A stretch of 64,000 nucleotides of DNA, from the NCBI GenBank assembly GCA_013239625.1, contig MU054212.1:9410898-9474897 (forward strand), given 5' to 3'. Source of the DNA: Lama guanicoe (taxonomy: Eukaryota). The notes beneath the pieces are model-generated. The model was not told the DNA's origin and searched no databases. It saw nothing but the letters and a program-made list of their open reading frames with translations. The translations under genes and the position numbers were made by a program. Shown here one piece after another: positions 11,635 through 25,102 of this stretch. Each line of letters begins with the position of its first letter. The first letter of the stretch is position 1.

Positions 11635-14600
11635 AGGGCTTAAGCAGCGGGTTTTATGTTGGACTTCCAGTGGTGACTTCAGGCGATATAGAACTAATAT
11701 ACTTGGGGCATAATGCTCTGAGAGCCTCACTGGAGCTATACTGGAACCAGGAACAATGCATCTAATGCTGCCATAATGGTCTCTGAACACCCAGGAAACC
11801 CAGAATAGACTCCCAGCAGTAAGATCGAGCACTGGGAAGCTGAGTCAACAAGTCGCTGGTGCCTCTGCTGCTGCCTCACTGCTGCTTCTCACCCGAAACA
11901 CTGAAAAATGTCCCCCTGGTTTGGTATGGCTGGAGGGAATTCTAACGTTTTCACCATTGTCCTTGCCGGAAGAGACATGAAAGAAGACCTCCAAGATCAT
12001 GTGAAATAAGCAGAACCTATTTGACTTCCAGGGCTCTGGCTGGAAGGGAGTCTGGAATATGTGATTTGTAGCCTCCCACTTTTTACAATTAAATGGAGGG
12101 TGGAGTAGGACATGCGTCGGTGGTCAGCGCAGTATCTGCTTCCATCAGTAAGGGACTGTTCAGTGAGTTATGGTATGGTACACGATAGACGAAGAATTTT
12201 CCCAGGTGGCGGGAATTCTGTAAGCTGCAGTATAATTGCACTCTTGAGTGTTGCTTAATAAATTCTGGTGATTTAAACGTTGAACTCTTAAATCCAGCAA
12301 TCCCGATGTCAGTATATTTCAATTTCTATAATACTGCTATTAAATTAGTGCTGCAAACATTGCTATTTCTTGAAAAGAGTTAAATACCTTCTCTTTTTCA
12401 AAGTTAATTTAAAGGATTACAGGACAAGTTAGACTTCCTAACGTCTAGAATGCCATACATAAATTGAGAAAACAAGAATTTTTCAAAATAGGAAATAATG
12501 TAGACGAGGTCTTCAGCAGCTTTCCACATGAGGGGATCAGCCATAGATGAAGGACTAAGCTTACACAGAATCAGTGGCAAATATGCAGTAGAACATAGCC
12601 TTATCCCTGGCTCTGAAATCCAAATGTCGCCTTCCAAGGGGCGTGCGGGTCACTGTTCTTGGAGGAATGCCCTCGTGGCGTCCTCTCACGTATCACCTGG
12701 TGTACCTGCCGGCCCCTGTGTGAAATACACACACAGGAAGGACTCGAGTAGGCTCACTGGAAACTTAAAGCTCCGGGACAAGTATTTTAGTTTGCGAACA
12801 CAAATCTGTGAAGTTCTGCCCTCTCTTGCCCCCACAAAATGAAGTTCAAATCAAAAAGTATTTTTAAATAAAAAATAAGCTATTTTATTTTAAAGTGTAC
12901 AAGCAATGAGATTAGAGTGAATTGCCTCAGAAGCTAAATAACCAGACTTCCTCTAACAGATTTTAATTATTTTTATAGTTTTTTTTCCCCCAAATGAAGA
13001 CTCACAATAGCCATTTAAAGCAAACTAGAGCAGCTCTTTCATCTTTATTGCAAGCTTCAGACTCTAAACAAAGCATGAAGCTGGGCAGTGCACTGTTTAA
13101 TTTTCAAATTGGATTTTTCATTATGTTTTATGATAACTTTTTATTTTTATCAAGTTGCATCTCAGCCTTCTGTTTAGACTCAAGAAGATTTATGGCAAAT
13201 GATCTGAGTGCTTATTTGGACAAACAAATGCAATAAATCAGTTTACTGTTTCAATAAAATGTTATTAATAGAACACATTATTCTGTTCAATATTATGTTA
13301 TCTTTAAAATTAAGCAGAACATTAGTGGCAATGAAACTAGTTTCAATCAATACATTCCTGTAATGAAACCTATTGTATAAGAATCTTTTCTTTTTAAGAA
13401 GGAAAAATGTCCTTAACACAACTACCAACTTCTGACTCTACAGAGGGCATTTCCCAGCTTCTGAAAATTTTTTGGTAGGATTTCTTAGTGTTTGTTTTGG
13501 TGTTAAGAAGAGAGTTTCTTGAGAGCTACCCTGCATCAGTTACAGCATGAATGTTCCTTAAATGCTTTTTTTTTTTTCCAAATTGAAGAGTTTGGTTGGC
13601 ACTTGACCTGGCAAGGACCCACTCAGGTGTGTGCCCCAATGAAATTGAGGTCAGGGAGGATTTTAAGAAAGGTGGAGCTGCTGTTGACAGGAATATAAGA
13701 ACTGCCAATTTCTCTTCTTGTCTTACAGCATTTCTGGTTAAATTCTTAATGGAGTGTAAATAGATACTTTCCTTAATGGAGTATAGATAGGGGACATAGA
13801 TTTTAATGTTTCAAAATTCATAAATAATGAGAATTTACTAGGAGTGAGCCCCGATTTAGACCCTCAATGACCCACTATGCTCCCTATTCAGATTTTAAAA
13901 TGATGGCTTTAAAATCAGAGGTGGCTGAAGTCCCAGGACGGTATTGCAGTCTTAGGAGACCTTCACCACCCAGGGACTGGCGGGTTGTTTCTGCTGCTGT
14001 GTTCTGTTTAGATAGCAAAGTGCCTTTAGAGACAGTTCATTAGCAAATAGCTAATGATTGGTGGTAGGCTGTGATCAAATTCTTTGAGTCGGGATGAGTT
14101 CCACCCTTTGCCAATGGATCTGTTTGTGAGTTGGGGAATATATTTACTTTCTGCCATGTCTTTTCATCTTCTCTGCATGTGCATAAGATCTCACACTCAG
14201 AGACAGGGAAATAGGTAAAGCCCTGTCTAGACTCTGCTGAGTGTGCGCACATCATACTACCTTCCATATCATCCAGTTTGCTGGGATCTTATCAAAGCTC
14301 TTTGCTGCTGTCTCATTCCTTAGCCTCCCTGTTAAATTTCTAACTGCTTTACCAATCAATTGCTTGCTCCTCCAGGAGTCCATCCTCAGGCTAGCTGCAA
14401 CATCGGTTATCCTAATTGTCACCAAGGTCACTGTTGTTTCTACAACTCTCAGGGGTGTGGCAGTTTTCCACACTTCACTGCAAATTAAGTCAGGCTCCTT
14501 GAGTTACACTGCGAGTTTTCAAGACTTGCCCTACCCTCTACATCTGCCTTTCCTATCTAGCAGGGAGCGGACACGGGAGCACAGCCCCAGTCTAAAATGC

Positions 14601-15803
14601 TGCACTCTCTCCCTATTCTTACCCAAGGTTTAGTTTGAATAAGTGCTCCTTAATTCGTTGTATGCCTTTGTTTAATTCCCACGGTACTAAAATGGGACTT
14701 TTTTCATAATTTAGTATGATTTTAGGAGGGAAAGGAGCTTTATTGAGCTTCTCACTCTGCCACCCCAGAATTCCCACATTCAGCTTTTCTGCTTTAGATT
14801 ACATCAGGAGCTAGATGTTTGTGCTAGGGACTTACATGAGTAGAACTATCCAGAACCATTACAGTTAGCGTAAAACAGAAGGGGACAGGAAGTTATTGTA
14901 TCACTAAAGTATAATTTTTAGACCAAATTAGTTTGCTGATACTATAATGTGGCTATTTTTCTTAACACTATAATGCAGTTTAATTATAGTTAAACCACCA
15001 AATATATTTGATTTTTTTAAAAAATTATTTTTTATTCAGTCTATAGGAGTCTTATTGCAGTAAGCTAAGCATTGAAAATTATATAGAAATAAGTTTGCCT
15101 TTTGTTGGCACTTGGATAGATTCCTTAAATAATTATATCTTCTAGAAAATACAGTCTTTTTTCTTCTACCTTTTTCTAGAAGGATCACAGCATCTTTACA
15201 GGAGGAAGGGAATGGGGGGTGGGAACCCAAGCCACCTGTGCTACATAATTCTCTGTGTTTGACAGTTCACAGATTAGAAAAGAAATTTACTTTAGATTGA
15301 AATTAATATCTGTAGACATGTGTGCCATGTACATCTTTATATATATATTACTTTATGCTTATATATGCCTGTATTTCTATCCTTCCTTCTCTGGACTGTT
15401 AGTAGAATAAAACAGCTAATTCCTATGAAAAATACAATTATCTTAGATTTTTTTAAATGTGAAATTAACTATAATACAACGTTCAAATACTCATGACTGT
15501 TAATGTATATTGTTTCCTAACTCTAGAAGTTTTTTTCCCTTGATATACTGTACCAACTTTTTATTTATACTGTAATTACTTTTCAATTTTTCTTAAATAT
15601 GTAAGTATATTAAGTCAGAACAATATGATATAAATCAAGGCTGCTATATGATTTCAAGAGCTGTTCTTTAATACCTCACACTCATGCTGTGAGTAAATTG
15701 AGAGCCATGAAAATGTTATAAAGTAGAAAAATGTGCATAAATATATATGACATACATTGAATTACAGAGATGGCTCCTAGGAAAGAATTTGATGCTTGTT
15801 TGT

Positions 15804-16496
15804 GTTTAGGCTACTAGACTTCCAAATAGTTTTAGCTTCTTTATTCACAGAGGAGCCTAAGGTTGCTAAATACTGTATTAGAAACACATGAAAGGAATAT
15901 TCATTGTTGGTGAGATTTAGAATGCTAGACAAGAATTAAACGCTAAACATGCTCAGGTTGTATACATTTGTAAATGTTTAAGTGAGTTACTTTAAAGATG
16001 TTGAGCTGAGTAATGTACTTTGTCATCCTGAATTCTTTTAAGTCCTGAAGTACCTACATATTTAGTGAACCACAGTATGTATATTTGCTAAGTAACATTA
16101 CTACATAATAGCAAATGGAAGATGTATTTTCGAGCCTTGTAGACATTGCTGTTTTCTAAGCTCGTAGTACTATAAAAGAATTTTAAATTAAGCTATCTGT
16201 GGCAAGCAAAATGGCACCTTTGTTGATTCCACATGCTTGACTACAGAAGGTGAAGAAATATTACATAAGGTGAAGATTACATAAGAAATACATAAGGTGA
16301 ATCTCTCAAAATAAGAAGCAAGTAGCATATTTCGAGACATCTTAAACATCAAGGGTAGTAATTTTGACCTTCAATTTCATAAGTCATGCACTATAACACT
16401 TCAAGCATTGTGCTTTCTAACTTCATTTCTAACTCAACCTTAGGCTCCTCTGTGAATAAGGAAGCTAAAACTATTTGGGAGTCCAGTAGCCTAAAC
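15804..16496. repeat. 62-bp inverted repeat (arms 15804-15865 and 16435-16496, 569-bp spacer)
   Basis: Left arm gtttaggctactagacttccaaatagttttagcttctttattcacagaggagcctaaggttg is the reverse complement of the right arm at 59 of 62 positions. Confidence 0.97.
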
Positions 16497-16714
16497 TGTT
16501 CAGCATTCCCTTTTTGAGGAAGAGGAATTCTCAGACATACTGGTTATTCAGTTACAAGGTATCCCTTTTCAACTTCTTTAAAATATATAATAGTCCCTGG
16601 ATTTATGGAGAATGCAGGTACTTTTTCAAGGACACTAACTATGGATTTTACCCATTGTCTTCCTTCCCTTATTGGGATTTTGAGATAGCACAAAAATGGT
16701 GGAGGAGAATGTGA

Positions 16715-17620
16715 CACAGTTGTATGTTGAAAATAACCACGCTATGCAAAACCACACCATAAAGAGCACAAGGCTTATGGGGAAGATGGGATTAGGACTA
16801 CAACACTCAAGAACTTTGAGCAATACTTAGCCTAATAAAAATAGTAGCACAGGTTTACACAATGTTAAATGTTAAAAGTACATACATGGGTTATTCAATA
16901 AATATGGCCCTTCACCTTGAAACAGACCTGAAGTTTGCTTGTTGATGTGAGTGTTTTAAGAGGTGCAGCTTGTAAATTACTGTGATGTGGCAGAAGCAGT
17001 TACCTGAAATGAGAAGGAAAGTTGTATTACCAACTGTGGAAGGGTGTGGCTTAGGAAACTAGATTAGGAGTTGGCACTACACATTCTGTAAATTAATCTT
17101 TTGGCCTTCGATCTTGGTCATTTGTGATACGTGTCTTTTGAAGCTTACCATTATAACATCTATCTGTTTCATCAGAATTGAAAATTTAATCCAGTGTGTT
17201 GCCTTCTTTAATTAATTCCTGTATCACTGCTAGGAATTCTTTTGCAACTTCTCATCCACCCGCGTACCTTTGCGAGACAGATGAAGAGGTATTTGAAGGC
17301 ACTAAGCCAGCCATAACTAGCATGAAAAGGAGCCACTTCTACAGGATTTGGTGATTCACACTGAAGGTCGTCGCATGTTGATAGCGCTTTCTCTTTGTGA
17401 AGAAGGTTGTTGTCAGTTATTTTGCTGTTTGGCCTTCAATCCAAATGTTCACCAACCATTCATTGTTTTATGTCTTTAGGCCATGCTCATAATGATTTCA
17501 CAGCACTCGATCATTTTCTTGTGCTGCATCCCTAACTGAATCCAAGGACCAGTTGGCTTTATTATTCAATACATCTTGTTTTCATTTTGTACCTATGAAG
17601 AGTGTCCTCTTTGCTTCTAA
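16715..17620 (-). mobile_element. Ancient Tigger/pogo transposon fossil with degenerate transposase remnants
   Basis: Minus-strand translation gives PFHASYGWLSAFKY (CENP-B-type HTH motif F.AS.GWL..FK, ~17290-17330) and VAKEFLAVIQELIKEGNTLD*IFNSDET (pogo IFNxDET catalytic motif, ~17165-17250), disrupted by stops and frameshifts. Confidence 0.75.
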
Positions 17621-20524
17621 TTTGCCTTTGTCTCATTTTCTCTATAAATTTATTTTATCTTCTTTCTGATCTTCATTAAATAATTTAAAATAGCCTTGTG
17701 CATCTCTTTCCTCTTGTAGATTTAGAAAACCATGTGTAAAGCTTTTTTTTTAGCAATTATGATCATATATGTGAAAATGATTTGAATCAGGACCACTATT
17801 ACATATTTCTGTGGTCAATGGTTGTCCCGTCCCATCAAAATATTTAGGACTCTCCTCACAACTAGTTTTTTGTCTTATTCAATCTTCATTTGTATCTCTT
17901 TCAGACTTAGTGACCAGATAGAGAAATTAAGATGCTGTTTTAAGTTCTTCAGTGTGTAAGTCATATAAGACAGTAATGTTAAAACACGGAATTTGCTAGG
18001 GGAAATAGAGTCAATGGACACTGAGTAATTTTGTAGTACATCTGTGAGTTGATAGGTGAACATTTACTGATTGGTATAATTTCTCATCCAGTGCCTTTCT
18101 TTTGTCTCATTTCCTTGGGGTACGACAACCCGGTCCCTGGCTTTTTCAGCTCTTAAAGACAGCATAAATTACAGAGATCATCAAACCCAACCCTCTGTTT
18201 TACAAACATCTAAACTGCCTAAGAGATCCAAAGTGACTTGCCAAAACTAACGGAACTCCTAAATAACGGGACTGGAATTCTAATCAAGGTCTTTCGACCT
18301 CAAGTATACTGTCAGTTATTCCATATTCTCTGTTCATTTTTATAGCAAATCAACACATTCCACTTTTCAGAAAATGCAGTGATGATTAAAGAATATGAGG
18401 TTTAGCATTTTCTGAGTCTGATAGTTTTCATGTTAAAAATTTTGGCAGACCTATGATGTACGTATCCTAAGAGTTGATACAGCATTTGGTATCTGTTACC
18501 AGTGTTCTGTCTTTTATACATTCTGGTGTGCCTGTATTCTTTTAAATCTTGTAATTATGGACTTTAATGTCTTTTAGATTAAATAATCCTGGGTCGTGCC
18601 ACAATCCCTATGGGAGCTAGAATAAGTTATTAGAGCCTTGCAAATGTGTTTGATTGCCTCATTCTGTTATTTTTCTCTTCCATTGATGGCCTACAGCTTC
18701 AGCTGCTGTGCAGTGCAGAAACTTAAACCTCAAGGGCCCATTAGGTTTAACTTGTTTACTGCATTGGTATCTATATGTTAAATGACAAGAGAGTTCAGGT
18801 TATTGAATAATTTAAAATTCAGCTCTAATTGGTGTCATATGACCTGGAAAAGGCCATGGATGACGCCAGGAGCATGCTGTGAATTTCTTATAAATAATTC
18901 ATAAATTAGATGATTCTTTTGCCTGGATGTCTTGCTCAATGCAAAAGTTTGTAAGTTACAACTGATGATAGAACACCTGTAAGTATTTAGTTCACTACGC
19001 TAGAAGGTAATCTACCTTGATGATCTTCTAGCAAAATCTGCCAGTACAGCAGAGTTAATTGCGCTGGGGAGAATGAACATTTATTTGGGATGAGACTTTG
19101 GCAAACCACACAGTGCAGCTGTTGCATTCCGTAGCTTCTGTCAGCTTGACAACTGGTTTGCGTAAGCTCGACTGAAAACGCAGCGTGGTGTTTTGTGCCT
19201 TATTTCACATCAACTCCAAGTGGGTAATATAATGACCAGCCCCACACACAGTAGTTTAGGCTTAGAGATATTTATCTAGTTCTTGAATTTCTGACTTCAC
19301 AATAAAATAAAGAGCACGGGGGAAAGTTCTGAAGTTACAACGTTAAGATTTTTATTCTTCTAAGGCTATCAGTGGGAACATGAGGATTGGTAATAGGGTG
19401 CTTGCCAGGATAGTAAATTATTATTTACCATCAGAGAAATGAATACCAATAAGAGCTGTTGGTGCTATTGACTAATCCTGTGGTTAACAACTCATACATG
19501 CATTGTAAGTAATCTCTTCCTAATTATGCAAAGTAAATAACAACCTGTTGCAAGAAATAATTACTGCAGTTTAGTTCACCTCTCTCCATATGGCTCATAG
19601 CAGAGATTGGCCAGGCCTATAAAAATGATTTGCAGAAATTTATAAAACATCACTGTTCACTCGTTGATGGAATTTCACAAAGCACTACTACAGTTGTTAT
19701 TTTTTTTTATTATGTGAGAACAGGGGAAAGCCCTGGATTACCGTAGGGTGCGTATGCTGTGTATGTACTTACACACCTGTGTGTGCACGCATACATGCAT
19801 ACAGGATGATATCATAAATGTTTATGATACAGACATCTTTATTTTCTATAAAGTCTTTTAAAGCCTTTGTCATATTTTAAAAAGATATCTTAAAGATTCA
19901 GAAAACCTTCTTCCAACTCAGAAATTTACTAACCTTCAGGATCAGAAAATTCTTCATTGAGTCCAAGCTAAGTCTTTCATACTTTATTTAAACCTTATAC
20001 ATTTCGCATTGTTTTTAATTTAGTCATTAGCCTGCGTTTACCCCAGTTAGGAGACATTATGCTCCTACTCTGTCATAATATTGCTTGCATTTTCTCCTGA
20101 TCTTTCTTTTGTGCTGTGGGTCCCAGAGCCTGCCTTGTCAAAGATTTTATTGGCTTCATTTCTGCCACATTCTAAAGTCTCAAGTTGTAGCCAAGATTGT
20201 GAAGATAAATCCTAATATGCTACCATTTTGAACTTCTTTATCTTTATCTGTTGTGATCCATGGATCATCTTCTGTCTAAACTTTTAAAGTTTATGCAGTG
20301 TGTTTTTCCTGCCTAGGTGTGTTCTTCTGTAGCTTTTCTGCTACATATCATTCTGTTTGTTTCTAATTAAGCACTCCATCCAACTCATTTTCGTCACACA
20401 TAAAACATGTAAATAGATAGCACATCCCAAGTCATATTGTTCAATTTGCTTATTGAATTTTGAGCACATCTTTAGCATATTCAGACTCCTTTAATTAGAA
20501 GAACACTCTATAATTATCAAGTTC

Positions 20525-20833
20525 AATTGGCAAACTGTGGCAGACCAAATCTAGCCAACTGCATCATTTTGTATGGCTCAGGAGCTAAGAATGGTTTTAA
20601 CTTTTTAAATGGCTGGAAGAAAAAGTATATTTCATGAAATGAGAAAATGACATGAAATTCAAATTTCAATGTCCACAAATAAAGTTTTATTAAAATAGTC
20701 ATTCATTTATGTATTATCTCTTTCTTTCACACTACAGAAGCAGAACTGAGTAGTTATGACAAAGACTGTCTGGGCTGTAATGTTTAAAATGTTTATTGTC
20801 TGACCCTTTGCAGAAGTAATTTGCTGACCCTGC
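20525..20833. mobile_element. MER58B-like hAT-Charlie element
   Basis: ggcaaactgtggc...gagctaagaatggtttta...aataaagttttatt...ctgaccctttgcagaagtaatttgctgaccctg. Confidence 0.75.
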
Positions 20834-21654
20834 TATATAGCTACGAAAATGAACAAATTCCAGCCATATGCAGCACCATGTATGAACTTCACAAATACGA
20901 AGTTGGATGAAAGACATTAGGCACAAAAGAATGTGTGTCATGTGATTTTGTTTATACTTTAAAAATAAGCAGGTAAAACTGAACTCTAGAATGGATATTT
21001 AAGCAGGGAAGTATTACAGCAAAGAAGTTATTCACATTAAAGTCAAGATAGTCATTCCCTTTGGCAAGAAAGGTAGAGACTAGCAATTGTGCAGGACCAC
21101 CAAGGGCCCCCTGCGTACAGGCAGTGTTCTGTTTCTTGGGTGGTAGTTACATGGACACCACCTTGTGGTTATTCTCTTAGCAGATCATGATTGTTTTGTG
21201 TGCTTTTCTGTGTTTATTCTATTCCATATTAAAGAATTTTTTTAAAAAAATCTACAGCAGGAAGTAATGGAAGATTTGGAGTGAGACATAGTCCCATGTC
21301 TCACGTATGGTGTTGATGTGACCTTGGGAAAGTTGTGTTGATTCCTTGAACTTCATGTTCTCATCGGTAAAATGGTAATTATAGTAACTACCTTACAGAG
21401 TTGTTGTTAAGAATACACGTTGAACATGTAAAACGTTTAGCATAGGGTGTGGTGAACTCTGCGTTGAGAACAGCCAAAGTGGCAGGGCGTTCTGGGAGTG
21501 TTTTCTGCATTCAGTGGTCAATGAAGGTGACCATCTATCTAGAGCTAAGTTCTCTCATCAGAAATAATTTACATGAAATTGTATTCCCTGACCTTCATTT
21601 TTCATTTCTCATTTTCAGTCCTTTAAATTTTTTTGAATTATTTAAAGATTGATT

Positions 21655-22445
21655 TCAACAGAACTTCATAAAAGAAGATATCCAAATAACCAAGAAGCAT
21701 AAGTTCATTGATATCATTACATATCAGGGAAATATAGAATAAAACCACAGTGAGATTTCACTACACACACACACCAGATTGACTAAAAATGAAACACACT
21801 ATGAAGTGTTACTGTGAATGTAAAGCAACTGGAACCCTCTTAATTTGCTGATGGGGATGTGAAATCGAATGACCACTTTGGGAAACTTACTAGCTGTTTT
21901 CTAAGAAAGTCAAATAGTCACTTACCCTGTGACCAAGAGGAATAAATGCGTGTATCAAAAAAGGCTTGTATGAGAATATTCAAAGCGGTTTTATTTATAA
22001 TAGCCCTAAAGTGGAAACAACTGAAGCCAATAAGAGTATATAAACATATTTTGCAATATTCATACAATGAAGTACTTTGCAGCAATAAAAAAAGAATGAA
22101 CTATTGATACACACAACAGCATAGGAGACACTCAAAAATTATGATGAGTTTAAGAAACCAGGTACAAAATAGTAGCACACTGTTTGATTTCATTTATTTG
22201 AAGTTCAGCATAGGGAACACTAATCTGTGATCATTGAAATCAGGATAATGGTTACCCCTAGAAGTGTGGGGAGGTATATTGACTAGAAAGGGCAGCAAGG
22301 ACCTTTCTGTAGTAATGGGAATGTTCTGTAAGTTGATCTCGGTGATGACTACGTGGATAAAATGCAAGTGTGAAAATTCACCAAGCTGTATGCTTAAGAT
22401 CTGTGCATTTTGTTATATATGAAGTATAAAGTATGCCTCCATTTT
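21655..22445 (+). mobile_element. Old L1M 3' fragment
   Basis: aaaaccacagtgagatttcactacac, accactttgggaaac, gcaataaaaaaagaatgaactattgatacacacaacagcat, aaaattcaccaagctgta. Confidence 0.7.
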
Positions 22446-23277
22446 TAAAAAAAATCTAACGGTATCCAAGTTAATGTTTTATATCTGAAAAATTCATATC
22501 AAAGCCATATGGCAGAGACAGCAGTTTGGGATTTGTTGCTGGTTTAAGCCTTAGTTAAGAGAAGTTATATTTGTAAATATCATATAAAAAGCATGGAGCA
22601 GCCCCAGAAAGAAAAATACATCTGTTTCATTTAGGCCCACTGTGGCTTCCATGTGTCCCAGAGGCAATGTTTGTCTTAACTCCACTAATAAAATAATTTC
22701 TTACGTTCGGATTCTAACACGGGGTTTTCTGTTTCTCTTCTTCTTCCTTAGTCGCTCATGATTCAGCCTAATCATGGATTCTAATTTTCTTTTCTCAAGC
22801 TACTGTGACCTATAACCCAGCTTGAGTTTTTCTGTTAAGCTGAAACCGTCAACTCATAGCTTTTGAGAATGTACTATGTGCAAGCCCCAGTACATACAGA
22901 GGAGTAAATATAGCCCCTGCCTTCAGAAATTGTTGAGGCAGGGAAGTCAGTGATAATAATAGGAAGCATTTTTTAAAAATATCTCTAAGAATTTTGTATT
23001 AAGCGCTGTCCAAAGCGCTTTATATGAGTGATCTCATCTAATCATCGCAACAATCCTGAAGAGGCAGTGCAAGGTGTTAGTGGAAGACTGATGTCCTTTG
23101 TATGAAGGAGGAAGTTGAAGAACCTCTCTGTTATCTCAAGCAATTCAACTCTGGCCCAACTTACAAACCTCTCAGTAGCCAAATAAAGATAGATAACTGA
23201 ACTCCTTCTATTTTAAGGCAGTTCAAGAGGTGATCTGTTGTAGCTGAAGATGCCTTTGGGGCAGTCTCACCCCCGTC

Positions 23278-23311
23278 CACACACACACACACACACACAC
23301 GTGCGCGCACA
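23278..23311. repeat. (CA)n microsatellite with a GC/CA tail
   Basis: cacacacacacacacacacacacgtgcgcgcacac. Confidence 0.9.
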
Positions 23312-23509
23312 CCCCCAATATTCTCCTCAAAGAAGTTTGGGTAAATAAAAGGTTTGCTTTTCCCTTTTGTGAATTCGTACCCTTATACATTAGCACTCTT
23401 GATAACTGCCCATCTGCCTCACCACCACATTCAGTTTTGATTTAGGTGCTGTTTTAATCCCTGTTTTTCTGTTGAGGGACCCGAGGCTCAGGCAAGTTGA
23501 ATAATATGC

Positions 23510-24163
23510 TGTATCAGTCTTTTACTGCTGTTTCACGAATTACTACAAACTTCACAGCTTAAAATAACACACATGTATTGTCACAGCTTCTGTGAGTCAA
23601 GAGTCTGGCAGAGCTTAGTTGGGTCCTGGGCTCAGGGTCGCAGAAGGCTGCAGTCAAGATGGCAGCTGGGCTGCGTTCAGTCAGGAGCTCTAGGTCCCCT
23701 TCCAAGCTCACAGGTTTGTTGGCAGGATTTATTTTCTGGCATTTGTATGATAGGTGGCTCGTTTTCTTGCTCCCTGTTGGCTGGAAACTGCCTTCTGCTC
23801 CAGAGGTCATTGCCACGTTAGCCCCTCCATTAGCCCTCCCACAACATGGTAGCTTACTTCCTCAATGCCAGCAGGAGACTCTCTAACCCTGGGTAGGGCA
23901 CCAGACCCTCTATTAAAGGGCTTACGTGACTAGGTCTTACCCACACAAGAGAATCTCACTTTTTATTCATTCAAAGTGAGGAGATTAGGAGTCTTGGTTA
24001 CATCTGTAAAGTCCTCTTTGCCATATACTGTAACATAATCACAGAATTGATAGCTGGTCATATTCACAAGTTCTACCCACGCTCAAGGGGAGGAGATAAT
24101 ACAGGGTGGGTACACCAAGAGGATGAGAATCTTGGGGACCACCGCAGAATTCTGCCTGCCAGC
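23510..24163 (-). mobile_element. MLT1-family LTR
   Basis: tgtatcagtc...cagcttaaaataacacac...cacagcttctgtgagtcaag...tccaagctcac...cttggggaccaccgcagaattctgcctgcca. Confidence 0.75.
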
Positions 24164-24873
24164 ATGCACAGTCACCCAGAAGGTAACTGGCAAAGCATTC
24201 TTCTCTTTGAGCAAAGCATGCATGCAAATCATTAAATTGTACTGCATCTCAAAAGCATAAAAGTTAACTACAAAAAAACTTTGTAAGTATTCCAAATAAC
24301 TGAAATTTGTGAATAATGTAGCAATCAGTACTATTAAAGTAAGTGTAAGCTGTCACTGCCTAAAAATGCATATATGTAAATATTAAGGAACAAAAATGAG
24401 AGTACAAAATAATGCATACATCCTCTCTATTGTTATATTAATGATACATGGATTAGAAAATATATGATGATATCAAATAGTTGATTTAAGTTACTGAACT
24501 TTAAAAAAATTTAAAAGGACAGTGGTTCATCATCTGCTCAGCATACAAGAGTACATGTCTTTGAAGAGAGGCCCAAGTCTTCTACCCAGATGTGGCTCAT
24601 TCTCATTTAAACAGAATTCCTTTAACATTAGAAACATTCACTTTAGAAACTCACTTAAAATCTTCAGAGCCATTGTAATAGCCCTTTTTACCATAGGATA
24701 CGAAGCATAGTATTGCTATATATCTATTAACAGTTAACACTTTCTATCAATCAGTTTATCATTTTCAATATTGCAAAGTAAATTGGGGTGGGATTTTTCC
24801 CCTTCTGCTAGAGATCTCTAGAATAGATAACCATGTCAGCTGTTTGTGAATTAGTTTTAATTGTAAAAGAAGT

Positions 24874-25085
24874 TGTGGCAGACTGAATAATGGCCTCCTA
24901 GTACGTTCATGTCCTAATTCTTGCAACCTGTGAATGTTACTTTATATGGCACAAGCGACTTTGCCTGACAAGGGACTTTCCAGTTGTGACTAAGGATCTT
25001 GAGAAAAGGAAATTATCCAGGATTGCCTGGGTACGCCTGATGTAATCAAAATGGTCCTTAGAAGAGGGACACAGGAGGAGTCAGC
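24874..25085 (+). mobile_element. MLT1 LTR 5' fragment
   Basis: tgtggcagactgaataatggcc...acctgtgaatgttactttatatggc...gggactttt...ggatcttgag. Confidence 0.7.
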
Positions 25086-25102
25086 TGGCCCGTGATACAG
25101 AC

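Larger units (their letters stand above)
9724..14816 (+). repeat. Tandem segmental duplication, copy 2 (5093 bp)
   Basis: Starts gagagggcacgagggatgaa as at 4630 and ends caggagctagat as at 9722. Eight substitutions seen, no indels seen. Confidence 0.98.
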
